DNA of 64,000 bases, from NCBI GenBank assembly GCA_031416075.1, contig JANOSY010000017.1, positions 96,001 to 160,000 of the forward strand, written 5' to 3'. The notes below the pieces were generated by a model. The model saw only the letters and a list, made by a program, of their open reading frames with translations. It did no database searches and was not told where the DNA came from. Made by a program: the position numbers and the translations under genes. Below, piece by piece: positions 52,060 through 63,603 of this stretch. The stretch's first letter is position 1; each line of letters begins with the position of its first letter. This DNA is from Candidatus Tenderia sp. (GTDB lineage Bacteria > Pseudomonadota > Gammaproteobacteria > Tenderiales > Tenderiaceae).

Positions 52060-53058
52060 ATGAACAGACCGCTCAGACTCGCCATCACCCCCGGAGAACC
52101 TGCAGGCATCGGCCCCGACCTGGTTGTCACGCTGGCGCAGCAGCCACACACACATCAGCTCATCGCCATTGCCGATCCTGCACTGCTCAGCGCCCGTGCA
52201 CAGCAGTTAGGGTTGCCGCTGACACTCAAAACATTTAATGCCAACGCACCTATTGAGTCACACCAACCCGGCGTACTTGACATACTGCCCGTTGCACTAC
52301 ACAACGCAACCACACCGGGCCATCTTGATGTCAATAACGCCAGCTACGTACTGGAGACGTTACGCCAGGCAACACTCGGCTGCATGCATGGCCAGTTTGA
52401 TGCACTCATCACCGCCCCCGTACACAAAGGGGTTATTAACGATGCAGGCATTAAATTCAGCGGCCACACGGAATTTCTTGCGGAACTCACACAGACACCA
52501 CAAGTGGTCATGATGCTGGCCACCCCCGGCCTGCGCGTAGCATTGGCAACCACACACCTGCCCCTGCGCCAAGTAGCCGATGCCATTACCCAACCGCTAC
52601 TGGAAGATGTGATTACTGTTCTGAACAACGCGCTGATCAATCAGTTTGGCATCCCGCAGCCGCATATTTTTGTCTGCGGCCTTAATCCACACGCCGGTGA
52701 AAATGGCCATCTCGGCCACGAAGATGAAGAGATTGTCGCCCCTGTATTGGAACGTTTACGTTGCAAAGGGGTGCGCCTGACTGGCCCGCTGCCCGCCGAC
52801 ACACTTTTTGTGCCTAAATATCTCAACCATGCCGATGCGGTACTGGCCATGTATCACGACCAGGGATTGCCTGTGCTCAAACACAAAGGGTTTGGCAACG
52901 CCGTTAACGTCACTCTTGGCCTGCCAATCATTCGCACCTCCGTTGATCACGGTACCGCGCTGGAGCTGGCGGGCACTGGCAGAGCCGACAGCGGCAGCCT
53001 CGCCTACGCGATTACTATTGCCATCGAGATGGCACAACAGAAGAGCTTCGCCTCATGA
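52060..53058 (+). CDS. pdxA: 4-hydroxythreonine-4-phosphate dehydrogenase
   Basis: [39 protein letters not shown]. Confidence 0.97.
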   Translation: MNRPLRLAITPGEPAGIGPDLVVTLAQQPHTHQLIAIADPALLSARAQQLGLPLTLKTFNANAPIESHQPGVLDILPVALHNATTPGHLDVNNASYVLETLRQATLGCMHGQFDALITAPVHKGVINDAGIKFSGHTEFLAELTQTPQVVMMLATPGLRVALATTHLPLRQVADAITQPLLEDVITVLNNALINQFGIPQPHIFVCGLNPHAGENGHLGHEDEEIVAPVLERLRCKGVRLTGPLPADTLFVPKYLNHADAVLAMYHDQGLPVLKHKGFGNAVNVTLGLPIIRTSVDHGTALELAGTGRADSGSLAYAITIAIEMAQQKSFAS

Positions 53059-53864
53059 ACCAACAAAATGACAGCCATCGCGCCCGCAAACGTTTTGGTC
53101 AAAACTTCTTACATGATCAACAAATCATTCAACGCATTGTCAGTTCACTCAGGGCCAAGCCCAGTGACCGTGTTGTGGAAATTGGCCCAGGACTCGGCGC
53201 ACTTACACAACCATTGATCGACATTGTTGGCAAAATTGATGTCGTTGAGATCGATCGTGATCTGGTCGCACGGCTGCAACAGCACTACTCACCCGAGGTG
53301 ATGACCATCCACAGCCATGATGCATTGAAGTTCGATTTCCACACACTGGTAACCGCTGGTGAGAAGCTTCGCATCATCGGCAACTTACCCTACAACATCT
53401 CCACTCCACTGCTGTTTCATCTCATGGAGCAACTCGATGTTGTGCAGGATATTCATTGCATGTTGCAAAAAGAGGTTGTTGAACGTATGGCGGCAAAACC
53501 CGGCGACAGCGCTTACGGCAGGCTTAGTATCATGCTGCAATACCATTGCGATGTGGTGAAACTTTTCAACGTTGGTCCGGGGGCATTTCATCCGGCACCC
53601 AAAGTTGACTCCGCCGTAGCGCGACTCACACCGCACACCACTAAACCCACACATGTCAACGATGAAAAAATATTTAGTAAAGTTGTCAATCAGGCCTTTA
53701 GCCAACGCCGTAAAACATTACGCAACTGTCTTAAAACATTGCTAAGCACCGAACAGATCGAATCATGCAACATAGATCCAACGGCACGCCCAGAGACGCT
53801 CTCACTGTCTGACTTCGCCAAACTTAGCAACATCACCGTAGACTCACCAGACACATCCAAGTGA
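53055..53864 (+). CDS. rsmA: 16S rRNA dimethyltransferase RsmA/KsgA
   Basis: [33 protein letters not shown]. Confidence 0.98.
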   Translation: MNQQNDSHRARKRFGQNFLHDQQIIQRIVSSLRAKPSDRVVEIGPGLGALTQPLIDIVGKIDVVEIDRDLVARLQQHYSPEVMTIHSHDALKFDFHTLVTAGEKLRIIGNLPYNISTPLLFHLMEQLDVVQDIHCMLQKEVVERMAAKPGDSAYGRLSIMLQYHCDVVKLFNVGPGAFHPAPKVDSAVARLTPHTTKPTHVNDEKIFSKVVNQAFSQRRKTLRNCLKTLLSTEQIESCNIDPTARPETLSLSDFAKLSNITVDSPDTSK

Positions 53865-54295
53865 AACTTAAAGGACAATTCTGGTCAGGCTGGTATACAG
53901 CCCTGCTGCTTACTGCGGGTGTGGTTTTTATAATCATCGAACTGCCACAAGGCTATAGCAGCGATCTCTCTATCATCGGCCAGGGTAAAGATGCAATTGT
54001 CATTGTTCACGATAGCAAAAGTTTCCCCAGTGTCGAGTTTCTCAGTCGCATGAATGTCATTCGTGACAAACATAAACAGCACGTAGTTTTTTCCGTGGCT
54101 GACATTAAAGAGAAGGCCGGGGCTGAATTTGCACAAGAGCATAGCGCAAAACCACCATCACTCCTGCTCTTCACCGCTGACGGCACGCCATTAGGCAACA
54201 TCAGCGGAAATCGCTCTTCTGATGTCATACTAAACTCTATTGAAAATAGATTTCAGTGGCCACATAACCAGCCGAAGCAATCAACTACATTTTAA
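53861..54295 (+). CDS. membrane-anchored protein, possible thioredoxin-like fold without CxxC
   Basis: N-terminal TM helix; overlaps the rsmA stop. Confidence 0.6.
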   Translation: MKLKGQFWSGWYTALLLTAGVVFIIIELPQGYSSDLSIIGQGKDAIVIVHDSKSFPSVEFLSRMNVIRDKHKQHVVFSVADIKEKAGAEFAQEHSAKPPSLLLFTADGTPLGNISGNRSSDVILNSIENRFQWPHNQPKQSTTF

Positions 54296-54514
54296 TAACC
54301 CAAAAAAATTAACAATCTACCATTCACTTTTCTACTTTTCACTTTCTCAAAGAGCCAATATTTAGCCTATAAACCTCACAAATACTCAGTAGAGACAATC
54401 TGATATTCAGATTTTATCTTACGTATAAAAATTAAATCTGAGACCAATCTCTATTTACCTTTACACTCTCAGCCCTGCGCTCCAAAGCAGTTAAAAGGAT
54501 GACAGGACAACTTT

Positions 54515-55972
54515 ATGAACCACTTTCCATTACGGCGCACCATCGCCCTGCTCTCTCTGGCACCGTTTTCTGCCCTTGCCACCAATGGCATGAACCTGGA
54601 AGGATACGGCCCCATTGCATTAGGTATGGGGGGAACCTCATTTGCTTTCGACAACGGCACAGCGGCAGTCATCAATAATCCTGCCACATTGGGGTTAATG
54701 GAACGTTCAAGCCAGCTCGACCTGGCCATTGGTTTTTTAGGCCCCGATGTCAGCTCCACACACACCGCCAGTGGCATGCGTGCTGACTCATCTGCCGACG
54801 GTTTCTACATGCCCGCAGTTGGCTGGGCCACAGGCTCGGGTCCCTGGACCTCTGGCGTGGCGCTGTTTGGCCAGGGCGGTATGGGCACAGAGTTCTCCAG
54901 CAGCAGTTTTATGTCTAATCCCGGCGGCATGTCACCCTCACCCGATCTGATTAACCGTTCAGAGGTGAGTCTGGGCCGTGCAATAGCGCCGCTTGTCTAC
55001 GCCGTAAACCCCCGGCTTCAGGTTGGCGGCAGTATTGATTTTGTCTGGGCGGGAATGGACCTGCGGATGGCAATGAGCGAGTCACAATTTCAAGATCTGG
55101 CCAACCCCTCCAGTCGTCAATATGGATCTGCCTCCGGCTCCATGGTCAACGCCTTCGGGGCGATGTACGAACCCTTTGGTGGCTCGGGCATTAACAAGCT
55201 TTACCACGCTTATTTCGACTTCAGCAATGACAACGACTTTTCCGGCAAGGCACGTGGATATGGTTTAGGTGCAAAACTGGGGCTGACGTACCAGATGAAT
55301 CCCAAAGTCACCCTCGGTGCAACCTACCACGCTAAAACCTGGCTCAATGATCTCACCACCAACGACGCGCAGATGAGCATGGCCGTCAACGGTGATGAAG
55401 GGCTTCTCACCACGGGCACACCTTCTGGAAGTGATGTCGACAAGATCATCAACCTGACTGGGCAGATCGCCGTCAAAAACTTTGAATGGCCCGCCATCAC
55501 AGGCATTGGTTTTGCCTTTCGGCCCACAGGTGAATGGCTACTGGCCGCGGACTACAAACGGATCTTCTGGTCAGATGTGATGGATAATTTCAGCATGACC
55601 TTCACCGCCGCCAATCAGACAAGCAATGGCGGCTTTGCCGGAAAACAGCTCGACGCTACCCTTTACCAGCGCTGGCAGGATCAAGATGTAATTGCACTGG
55701 GCGCAGCCTATCAACTAACAGACACATGGACAGTGCGGGCGGGCGCAAACTTTGGTGACAACCCGATCCCCGACCGTTTTCTGAACGCTCTATTTCCCGC
55801 CACCATTGAAAAGCACTATACTGCCGGGGTTGGTTACCAGATCAATAAACAGAGTGCCATTAACAGCGCCATCAGCATCGCCCCCGAGGCTCGTTTTATT
55901 GCCGCCAACGGCATTGCCAGCCAACACCAGCAACTCAACTGGCAGCTGATGTACTCCCGGCTATGGGAATAG
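54515..55972 (+). CDS. FadL/TodX-like outer-membrane channel
   Basis: ATNGMNLEGYGP..GMGG, NNPATL, N.LFPAT.E.H. Confidence 0.87.
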   Translation: MNHFPLRRTIALLSLAPFSALATNGMNLEGYGPIALGMGGTSFAFDNGTAAVINNPATLGLMERSSQLDLAIGFLGPDVSSTHTASGMRADSSADGFYMPAVGWATGSGPWTSGVALFGQGGMGTEFSSSSFMSNPGGMSPSPDLINRSEVSLGRAIAPLVYAVNPRLQVGGSIDFVWAGMDLRMAMSESQFQDLANPSSRQYGSASGSMVNAFGAMYEPFGGSGINKLYHAYFDFSNDNDFSGKARGYGLGAKLGLTYQMNPKVTLGATYHAKTWLNDLTTNDAQMSMAVNGDEGLLTTGTPSGSDVDKIINLTGQIAVKNFEWPAITGIGFAFRPTGEWLLAADYKRIFWSDVMDNFSMTFTAANQTSNGGFAGKQLDATLYQRWQDQDVIALGAAYQLTDTWTVRAGANFGDNPIPDRFLNALFPATIEKHYTAGVGYQINKQSAINSAISIAPEARFIAANGIASQHQQLNWQLMYSRLWE

Positions 55973-56028
55973 TGACACGCAGGTAACATATCGATCACCC
56001 GATAAATTTGGATTGCAAGGATGCAGTC

Positions 56029-56379
56029 ATGACAATAAAGACCGTACTCACTGATGAAAGACCAGGACGCCCACTTGCGGTCACCCTGTTAGCCATTGCC
56101 GTGACAGCAATGCCTGCCATCACCTTCTCCTTATCTGATAACCACTCTGGCTTTTCTCTCCACTATTTAAGCGCCCAGCCACCAACAGGCAGCGATAAAA
56201 CACCGCGCCCGGCCATTATCATCACCGGAAAAACAGACCAGCAGTTAAACACAGAGTTGACACAGGCGGAGCAGGAGCTACAGCAAGCTAAAACTGAGCG
56301 GGAAAAGACACTACGGAGAATCGAGCAGCTCAACAAAATATTAAAAAGAAAACTCGATGAGGCGCAGCTCGCGCAATAA
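56029..56379 (+). CDS. hypothetical protein (TM plus coiled coil)
   Basis: Hydrophobic N-terminus and heptad-rich C-terminus. Confidence 0.55.
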   Translation: MTIKTVLTDERPGRPLAVTLLAIAVTAMPAITFSLSDNHSGFSLHYLSAQPPTGSDKTPRPAIIITGKTDQQLNTELTQAEQELQQAKTEREKTLRRIEQLNKILKRKLDEAQLAQ

Positions 56380-56445
56380 AACAGATCACCAAAACAGAAC
56401 AGGGCGACCAAGGCCGCCCTGCTCCAATATAAAAATAGCAATCCA

Positions 56446-57021
56446 CTATTTACGTTCGGCCTCAACCTCAAAGGTCAGCACCATATCGTCGCCGACCGCA
56501 GGCAGTGCGTATTTAACTCCAAAATCTGAACGTTTGATTTTGGCACTGGCATCAAAACCACAGACATAAGCCCCTTTTTTCATGGGGTGATCACCGCAGT
56601 TAATACGCGCAACCTTAAGGGTTACCGGTTTGGTGGTGCCTGCCAATGTCAACTCCCCCTCAACTGTTGCACTTTTTTTATCGACAATCACCACTTTGGT
56701 GGATTTATAAGTAATCGTTGGAAACTCGCCCGCGTTCAGGAAATCAGGAGAACGCAGGTGGTCATCACGCTTGGCAAAGCCGGTATTCACCGATGCTGCA
56801 TCAATCTTGATATCAACCGTACCGGTGTTTTTGGCCCAATCAATCGTCAATGCCCCTTCTGTTTTATCAAAACGCCCCTGCATGGTTGAGAAACCAAGAT
56901 GGCTAATCGCAAAGTGTGGATAGGTGTGGGTCGGGTCGATGGTGTACTGCTCCGCAGCATTAACCAGAACCGGAGCCGAAACGGCGCTCATCATTGCCAC
57001 TGCCAGATAGATCTTACGCAT
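56446..57021 (-). CDS. YceI family protein
   Basis: Signal peptide, YTIDPTH, HLGFS, RDDHLRSPDF, IKRSDFG. Confidence 0.93.
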   Translation of the reverse strand: MRKIYLAVAMMSAVSAPVLVNAAEQYTIDPTHTYPHFAISHLGFSTMQGRFDKTEGALTIDWAKNTGTVDIKIDAASVNTGFAKRDDHLRSPDFLNAGEFPTITYKSTKVVIVDKKSATVEGELTLAGTTKPVTLKVARINCGDHPMKKGAYVCGFDASAKIKRSDFGVKYALPAVGDDMVLTFEVEAERK

Positions 57022-57062
57022 AGTATTTTCCTCTTTTGAGTTAAAAAAATAGTGCCAGAACA

Positions 57063-57893
57063 TTAAATAGGTGGCGCGCCCAGGTCACGCCAGGTCAGAT
57101 AGATTGCAACACCAGCGGGTAACACCGCCATCACTACCCGTACCACCAGCTGCACAAACAACGGCCAGCGTGCGGATATCGGCAGGCGCACCAACAACGG
57201 CACCAGCGCCAGCAGCGCCAGTGTATACCAAGGCAGCTTGGAGTAGACCATAGCACCCACACCCAGTAGCGCCGTCACTGCCACCAGCGGCACCACCATT
57301 AGCGCACCGGCAGCCACCGGCCGGCCAAACAGTTGTAACAACAGCCGTGCGCCAATCGCAGCGGCGATGGCCGAGGCCAGCTGACCGTAGAGTGCCGTTG
57401 CCCCCAGCAGCGCAGTGAGTCCAGTACCCAGCGCCAACGCAAAAATCATACTGTCGGCCTGTACCGGTTTATCTTTCAGCCCAACGCTGGCGGCAACCAG
57501 CCAACCGACATAGGCACTGCCCGCCACTGCCAGCAACCAGACCGGCCACGCATCAAAACTATTAATACGTGGCCACAACAACCAGAGGCACGCGGCCGCA
57601 CCCGCGACAAACAGCAGCCCCGGCGCCAGTCGTCGCCACCGTACCAGATCAAGCAACAGCCCCAGCACCACCGCACCGCAACCCAGTAATACAATCTTAC
57701 GATCAGAGCGCAACGGAAAGAGTTGAAAATCGGTAATCAGATAAACAGAGGCGGCAAAACCCGCCAGTGCTGATAGCCCAGCCCAATACCAGCCATGTGG
57801 ACGCAAAATAAGCGCCACTATCAGGCTGACAACAAACGGCACGACTGCCGACTGGACCAAGGGATTTGTTAAGAGGTTATCCATAATCACCAT
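57063..57893 (-). CDS. hypothetical polytopic membrane protein
   Basis: About nine hydrophobic segments. Confidence 0.75.
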   Translation of the reverse strand: MVIMDNLLTNPLVQSAVVPFVVSLIVALILRPHGWYWAGLSALAGFAASVYLITDFQLFPLRSDRKIVLLGCGAVVLGLLLDLVRWRRLAPGLLFVAGAAACLWLLWPRINSFDAWPVWLLAVAGSAYVGWLVAASVGLKDKPVQADSMIFALALGTGLTALLGATALYGQLASAIAAAIGARLLLQLFGRPVAAGALMVVPLVAVTALLGVGAMVYSKLPWYTLALLALVPLLVRLPISARWPLFVQLVVRVVMAVLPAGVAIYLTWRDLGAPPI

Positions 57894-58072
57894 GTATAGA
57901 GCAAGACAGGCCTGAAGAGTTCAGAATGACAGAGAGATTTCATCTACCATCGCCGCACAAACAAATAATACTACACACACTCACTTTAATAAGTACAAAC
58001 AATAGCTATACTCAGCACGCGGTTATTATTGGCGACCGCACACAACAACAACCATTTTCGGGGGCATCAAAA

Positions 58073-59101
58073 ATGAGCAGCAGCAAAAAATATAGCAAAT
58101 TCACACTCTGGACCATCAGCGCGTTGTTGCTTGGCGCCTGTGGCGGCGGTGGTGGGGGCGGCAGCAACGGACTCGCCTACACCGGCCCTACATCGCCCGC
58201 CACCATTACAACAGACAATGGCAAACAGATTGCCACTGAGGCCTACATCAATGGCGAAGGCGGAGCGGCGCTCGGCACCATCTTTGCCTCAGCCACCAGC
58301 ACCAGCACCAGCACCAGCACCAGTACCAGTACCAGTACCAGTACCAGTACCAGCACCACGGAAGATAGCGGCACACCACGTATCATGAGTGTGGCGCAGA
58401 CGCTGGTCGGCGCGGTCAACAGGATCAATCTGACAACAACCAATACCCCATCGGTTAGCCGCGCCACACAGACTGAAACCGACACCATCATCGGCAGCTG
58501 CGGCGGCTCGGAGCAGTACAGCATCAGCTTCGACGACGTTACCGGCAACTTCAGCGGCACCGTCACTTTTACCAACTATTGTGAGGCTGGCGACACCATA
58601 AATGGTGGCATGAGCATGTCGGGCAACGTCAATCCTGATACCTCCGTGTTTGGGCTGATGACCATGAACTTCTCCTCCCTGACCTTCAGCTCCAGCAGCG
58701 ACTCGTTCACCATTGATGGCAGCATCACCTCCAATCTCGGCACCGCGCCTATTGTGATCACGTCAAATCTGAAGCTAAAGGATAACAGCAGCGGCAAAGT
58801 ATTTTGGGCCGAGAACCATGTCACCACTATTTACACGGTGGTTGCAGGTGAAGAGATCAGCACCACCGGCCGGTTCTATCATCCGGATTATGGTTATGGG
58901 GAGCTGACCACCCCAACCCGCATGTTCATCGCCGACACTGACGAGTGGCCTTCATCGGGCGTGATGATTGTCACTGGGGCCAACAACTCAAAGGTTAAAC
59001 TGACGGCCATATCCAATACCACCTACAACTATGAAGTGGATGCTAACGGCGATGGTGTCTATGAGACACAACAACTTGGTCAGCTCTGGGCCGATCTGTA
59101 G
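58073..59101 (+). CDS. Ser/Thr-rich surface lipoprotein
   Basis: Lipobox LGAC-GGGGGG, beta-rich body, DANGDG motif. Confidence 0.82.
   Translation: MSSSKKYSKFTLWTISALLLGACGGGGGGGSNGLAYTGPTSPATITTDNGKQIATEAYINGEGGAALGTIFASATSTSTSTSTSTSTSTSTSTSTTEDSGTPRIMSVAQTLVGAVNRINLTTTNTPSVSRATQTETDTIIGSCGGSEQYSISFDDVTGNFSGTVTFTNYCEAGDTINGGMSMSGNVNPDTSVFGLMTMNFSSLTFSSSSDSFTIDGSITSNLGTAPIVITSNLKLKDNSSGKVFWAENHVTTIYTVVAGEEISTTGRFYHPDYGYGELTTPTRMFIADTDEWPSSGVMIVTGANNSKVKLTAISNTTYNYEVDANGDGVYETQQLGQLWADL
58295..58354 (+). repeat. hexanucleotide microsatellite (ACCAGY)10
   Basis: 4x ACCAGC, 5x ACCAGT, 1x ACCAGC, encoding (TS)10. Confidence 0.95.
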
Positions 59102-59116
59102 ATAAGCGGTCACAAC

Positions 59117-59144
59117 AAAAAGGGCGCTTGGTGCGCCCTTTTTT
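59117..59144. terminator. bidirectional Rho-independent terminator
   Basis: AAAAAGGGCGC-TTGGT-GCGCCCTTTTTT between convergent genes. Confidence 0.85.
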
Positions 59145-59150
59145 ATTTTG

Positions 59151-59885
59151 TTATTTACGTTCCACTATCACGTCCGGCTGGCCGTTAATCTCGGTCATCG
59201 CGGCAATCATCCACTGCTCCGCCTGTTCATTGATCTGCGCGGCCTTAAGAGATTTACTATCGATCACCGGACCGATCTTGACACGAATCACACCGGGCTT
59301 TTTAAGGAAGCCGTGACGCGGCCAGAAGTGACCGGCGTTATGGGCAACCGGCACCACCGGGTGACCACTCTTCTCCGCCAGCAACGCGCCGCCATAACCA
59401 AATTTGCGCATCGTGCCCGGCGCCATCCGCGTGCCTTCGGGGAAGATGATGAGCCAGCGCCCTTCATCGAGACAGATCTTGCCCAGCTCCACCAGCTGCT
59501 TGAGCGCCTGACGACCTGAGGCACGATCAATCGCTACTGGTTTAAGCAGCGCCAGACCCCAACCAAAAAACGGCACGCGCAGCAGCTCGCGTTTGAGCAC
59601 CCAGGTCTGCGGCGGTAGAATCGCCTGCAACGCCAACGAATCCCAGGTGGAGGCGTGTTTGCATAAGACGATGGCAGTCTCAGACGGCAGATTTTCCAGC
59701 CCCTCAACCTCATAACTGAGATTACAGCTGAATTTAAGCCACTTGATATTGAGCCTGGCCCACTGACTGATGAGACGATAACGGGTGGCAAAACTGAACG
59801 GCCAGGTCAGTCCACCGAGCAGCGCAAAGATGATCGCCGTGATCACCATAAAGATAAAAAACAGTAATGAACGCAGATACAACAT
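59151..59885 (-). CDS. plsC: 1-acyl-sn-glycerol-3-phosphate acyltransferase (PlsC family)
   Basis: KHASTWD (HxxxxD), KRELL..PFFGW, FPEGTR. Confidence 0.9.
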   Translation of the reverse strand: MLYLRSLLFFIFMVITAIIFALLGGLTWPFSFATRYRLISQWARLNIKWLKFSCNLSYEVEGLENLPSETAIVLCKHASTWDSLALQAILPPQTWVLKRELLRVPFFGWGLALLKPVAIDRASGRQALKQLVELGKICLDEGRWLIIFPEGTRMAPGTMRKFGYGGALLAEKSGHPVVPVAHNAGHFWPRHGFLKKPGVIRVKIGPVIDSKSLKAAQINEQAEQWMIAAMTEINGQPDVIVERK

Positions 59886-59936
59886 ATGCGGCTATTCCCT
59901 AACGCTAATGCAACACCGCGACAACGGACGAGACCA

Positions 59937-60479
59937 TCACTGATCTTCCAGCAGCAGTGCATCCACCACTGCGGCGAGGTTGTCATACACCTCCAACCCG
60001 GCGCGGTTGCCTAATGTTGCCAACGTCTGTTCACCCTTGCCAGTGCGCACCAATATCGGCCGGGCACCGACCACTTCGGCAGTTTGCAGATCACGCAATG
60101 AGTCACCGACTGCCGGTACGCCAGTCAGATCCACGCGCAGCCGTGTGCCGATGTCGCGAAACATACCCGCTTTGGGTTTACGACACTCACAGCCATCATC
60201 CGGTCCATGAGGACAGAAAAAAACAGCCTCGATGGCGCTACCCGCCTCTTTTACCAGTCGATGCATTTTGTCGTGTATGCGCATCAAGGTATCGATATCA
60301 AACAGGCCCCGCGCGATGCCGGACTGGTTGGTGGCAACCACTACGCGATAGTCGTTCATGGTAAGACGGGCGATCGCGTCGATGCTGCCGGGTAGTGGGG
60401 TCCACTCATCAACAGACTTGATAAACGCATCGGAGTCTTCGTTGATCACACCATCACGGTCGAGAATAATCAGTTTCAT
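59937..60479 (-). CDS. gmhB: D-glycero-beta-D-manno-heptose 1,7-bisphosphate phosphatase
   Basis: LDRDGVIN, TNQSGI, CPH...CECRKP, VGDS..D. Confidence 0.93.
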   Translation of the reverse strand: MKLIILDRDGVINEDSDAFIKSVDEWTPLPGSIDAIARLTMNDYRVVVATNQSGIARGLFDIDTLMRIHDKMHRLVKEAGSAIEAVFFCPHGPDDGCECRKPKAGMFRDIGTRLRVDLTGVPAVGDSLRDLQTAEVVGARPILVRTGKGEQTLATLGNRAGLEVYDNLAAVVDALLLEDQ

Positions 60480-60482
60480 TAT

Positions 60483-62567
60483 CTATCCCTGCAACCGTGA
60501 GACATCGGCAATCTGCATGAAGAGATTGCGTAACTGATTGAGCAGGGCCAAACGGTTGAGTTTCACCTGCTCATCCTCAGCCATCACCATCACCTGGTCG
60601 AAAAAGGCATCAACCGGCTCACGCAGTGCCGCCATCTGTTGCAGTGCGCTGGCGTAGTCGAGCTGCTCCAACGCCGGTCTCACCGCCACGGCCACTGCAT
60701 CAATACGTTCGGCCAGCGCCTTTTCAGCTGCATCCTGCAACAGAGCGGTGGTGATAGCCGCAGGAATCTCGATACCACCCTCTTGCGCCTGACGCAGGAT
60801 ATTGGAGGCGCGTTTGTTGGCAGCGGCCAGCGACGCTGCCTCATTCAAACTACGGAAGGCATTGACGGCACGGACCCGCTGATCAAAGTCGTAAGGGCGT
60901 GTGGCGCGTACTGCTGACACTGCCTCAAAGATATCTACCGAGATTCCGGCATCGGTGTAGTAGACACGCAGACGTTCCATCATAAAATCGAACAGCTGAC
61001 CATCAACATGAGCGGGGAACTCACGACCACTGACACGGTAGTGAGCGATGCTCTCATCAATCAGCACCGTCAGATCAAGTGGCAACTGCTGCTCGATGAT
61101 GCTGCGCAGCACCCCCAGCGCGGCACGCCGCAGTGCAAACGGATCTTTTGAACCGGTAGGCAGTTGGCCAATACCAAAGATACCCACCAGCGTATCGAGT
61201 TTGTCGGCGATGGCGACCGCCTGGCCAATCACACCCTTGGGCAGCTCATCACCGGCAAAACGTGGCATGTACTGTTCATCCATGGCGTTGGCCACCGCTT
61301 CGTGTTCACCATCATGCTGCGCGTAGTAGCGCCCCATGATGCCCTGCAACTCGGGGAACTCGCCGACCATGTGGGTCATCAAATCACACTTGGCGAGCTG
61401 TCCGGCACGGATGCCATCCACTTTTTTACCACCCAGCTGCTCGGCAATAAAACCGGCCAGTGCGGCGATGCGTTCTGACTTATCAAACACGGTGCCGAGC
61501 TGCTGCTGGAAGACGACGTTTTTCAATACTTCACGTTGTGATTCGAGCCTGCCTTTACGATCCTGATTCCAGAAAAATTCGGCATCGGTGAGACGTGGAC
61601 GAATCACCCGCTCGTTACCACCGCGCACTGCCGACACATCTTTGCTTTCGATGTTGCTGACGGTGATGAAGTTGGGCATCAGCTTGCTGTGTTTATCAAC
61701 GACGTGGAAATATTTCTGGTGCCCCTTCATCGCCGAGATCAACGCCTCGGCGGGCACGGCGAGGAAACGCTCCTCAAACGAACCGGCAATCGCCATCGGC
61801 CACTCAATCATGCCGGTCACCTCATCCAGCAGCGCATCATCGATCACCGCCGTGCCGCCCAGCTTGACGGCGGCGGCCTGCACCTGACCACGAATCGCTT
61901 CACGGCGATCACCAAAGCTGGCCACAACACGCCCCTCGGTCTGGAGCAGCGGCGCATACGCGGCCGGTTCTGTTATGTAGAGTGTGGCGGGGTGGTGGAA
62001 GCGGTGGCCTCGAGTCTCACGGCCCGATTTCACCGCCAGCATCTCCGCATCGATCACTTCGTTACCCAACAGCAGTACCAGCCAGTGCACCGGACGGACA
62101 AATTCAGCGCTAAGATCGCCCCAACGCATCCGCTTTGGAATCGGCAGTGTATCGAGTGACTGCTGCACAATGGCAGGGATCAACGCCTGAGTGGGTTTAC
62201 CTTTCTCCATGCCGCGATAGACCAGCCAGCTGCCCTTGTCGGTTTCGAATCGTTCCAGCAGATCCATGGTGACACCACAGGATGCAGCAAAACCGAGCGC
62301 CGCTTTGGTGGGACCATCAGGGCCAAAGGCGGCTTGCAGTGCAGGGCCACGACGCTCGGTGGCCTTGTCGGGTTGGGCAGTGGCGAGTGCCTCAATCCAC
62401 ACCGCCAGGCGCCGTGGCGCGGCATAACTGTGCACAACCCCATGTTGCAGACCGGCCTTGGCAAACCCTTCGACGATGCCGTTAGTGAAGGCCTCTGAAA
62501 GTTTTTTCAGCGCCTTGGGTGGCAACTCTTCAGTACCCAGTTCGACCAGAAAATCGCGTGTAGTCAT
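60483..62567 (-). CDS. glyS: glycine-tRNA ligase beta subunit
   Basis: LVELGTEELPP, GNERVIRPRL.DA.FF, EFPELQG.MG, GSKDPFALRR. Confidence 0.98.
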   Translation of the reverse strand: MTTRDFLVELGTEELPPKALKKLSEAFTNGIVEGFAKAGLQHGVVHSYAAPRRLAVWIEALATAQPDKATERRGPALQAAFGPDGPTKAALGFAASCGVTMDLLERFETDKGSWLVYRGMEKGKPTQALIPAIVQQSLDTLPIPKRMRWGDLSAEFVRPVHWLVLLLGNEVIDAEMLAVKSGRETRGHRFHHPATLYITEPAAYAPLLQTEGRVVASFGDRREAIRGQVQAAAVKLGGTAVIDDALLDEVTGMIEWPMAIAGSFEERFLAVPAEALISAMKGHQKYFHVVDKHSKLMPNFITVSNIESKDVSAVRGGNERVIRPRLTDAEFFWNQDRKGRLESQREVLKNVVFQQQLGTVFDKSERIAALAGFIAEQLGGKKVDGIRAGQLAKCDLMTHMVGEFPELQGIMGRYYAQHDGEHEAVANAMDEQYMPRFAGDELPKGVIGQAVAIADKLDTLVGIFGIGQLPTGSKDPFALRRAALGVLRSIIEQQLPLDLTVLIDESIAHYRVSGREFPAHVDGQLFDFMMERLRVYYTDAGISVDIFEAVSAVRATRPYDFDQRVRAVNAFRSLNEAASLAAANKRASNILRQAQEGGIEIPAAITTALLQDAAEKALAERIDAVAVAVRPALEQLDYASALQQMAALREPVDAFFDQVMVMAEDEQVKLNRLALLNQLRNLFMQIADVSRLQG

Positions 62568-63533
62568 TTAGTTTTTCTCCCCTTTCAAATTACTTTTCAA
62601 CATGGGGAACCCCAGCGCTTCACGGCGGGCGTAGTAGACCTCAGCGACGGCACGCGCCAGCACCCGCACACGACCAATGAAACGGGCACGTTCGGTCACG
62701 GAGATAGCACGACGGGCATCGAGCATATTAAATGTGTGCGACGCCTTCATCATCTGCTCGTAAGCGGGCAGTGGCAGTCCTAGCTCTATCAGTTTGCCGC
62801 TCTCTTTTTCGCAGACGTCGAACCACTGGAACAGGGCCTCGACGTTGGCGTGTTCAAAGTTGTAAGCGGACTGCTCCACTTCATTCTGGTGGAAGACATC
62901 GCCGTAGGTGACATCGCCACCATCACCATCAGCAGCACCGCGGGTCCAGATCAAGTCGTAGACGCTGTCCACACCCTGGATGTACATCGCCAGACGCTCT
63001 AGGCCGTAGGTGATCTCGCCGGTGACAGGTTTGCAGTCGAGTCCGCCGACCTGCTGGAAGTAGGTGAACTGCGTCACCTCCATACCGTTGAGCCACACCT
63101 CCCAGCCGAGACCCCATGCGCCGAGTGTGGGTGACTCCCAGTTATCTTCAACAAAGCGGATGTCATGCACCAGCGGATCAAAACCGAGCAGCTTCAGCGA
63201 ACCAAGGTACAGTTCCTGAATCTCAAGCGGTGAGGGTTTAAGCACTACCTGGAACTGATAATAGTGTTGCAGACGGTTGGGGTTTTCGCCGTAACGGCCA
63301 TCGGTGGGACGACGCGACGGCTGCACATAGGCGGCACGCCAAGGCTCCGGACCCATGGCGCGCAGGAAGGTGGCGGTGTGGAAAGTCCCGGCGCCCACCT
63401 CCATGTCGTAGGGCTGCAATACCACACACCCCTGCTCGGCCCAGTAACTTTGCAGGGCCATGATCAGTCCCTGAAAGGTGGAAATATCGTACTCGGCAGC
63501 AACGCTGCGCGGACTGTTGGTCACCACAATCAC
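62568..63533 (-). CDS. glyQ: glycine-tRNA ligase alpha subunit
   Basis: [33 protein letters not shown]; start uncertain. Confidence 0.98.
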   Translation of the reverse strand: MIVVTNSPRSVAAEYDISTFQGLIMALQSYWAEQGCVVLQPYDMEVGAGTFHTATFLRAMGPEPWRAAYVQPSRRPTDGRYGENPNRLQHYYQFQVVLKPSPLEIQELYLGSLKLLGFDPLVHDIRFVEDNWESPTLGAWGLGWEVWLNGMEVTQFTYFQQVGGLDCKPVTGEITYGLERLAMYIQGVDSVYDLIWTRGAADGDGGDVTYGDVFHQNEVEQSAYNFEHANVEALFQWFDVCEKESGKLIELGLPLPAYEQMMKASHTFNMLDARRAISVTERARFIGRVRVLARAVAEVYYARREALGFPMLKSNLKGEKN

Positions 63534-63603
63534 CCCTTGGATAGTCTTGTCTGCGTAAAAACGGGGGATTATACCCTCTGCCCGCCCTGGGTGGCAGCCG
63601 CGC

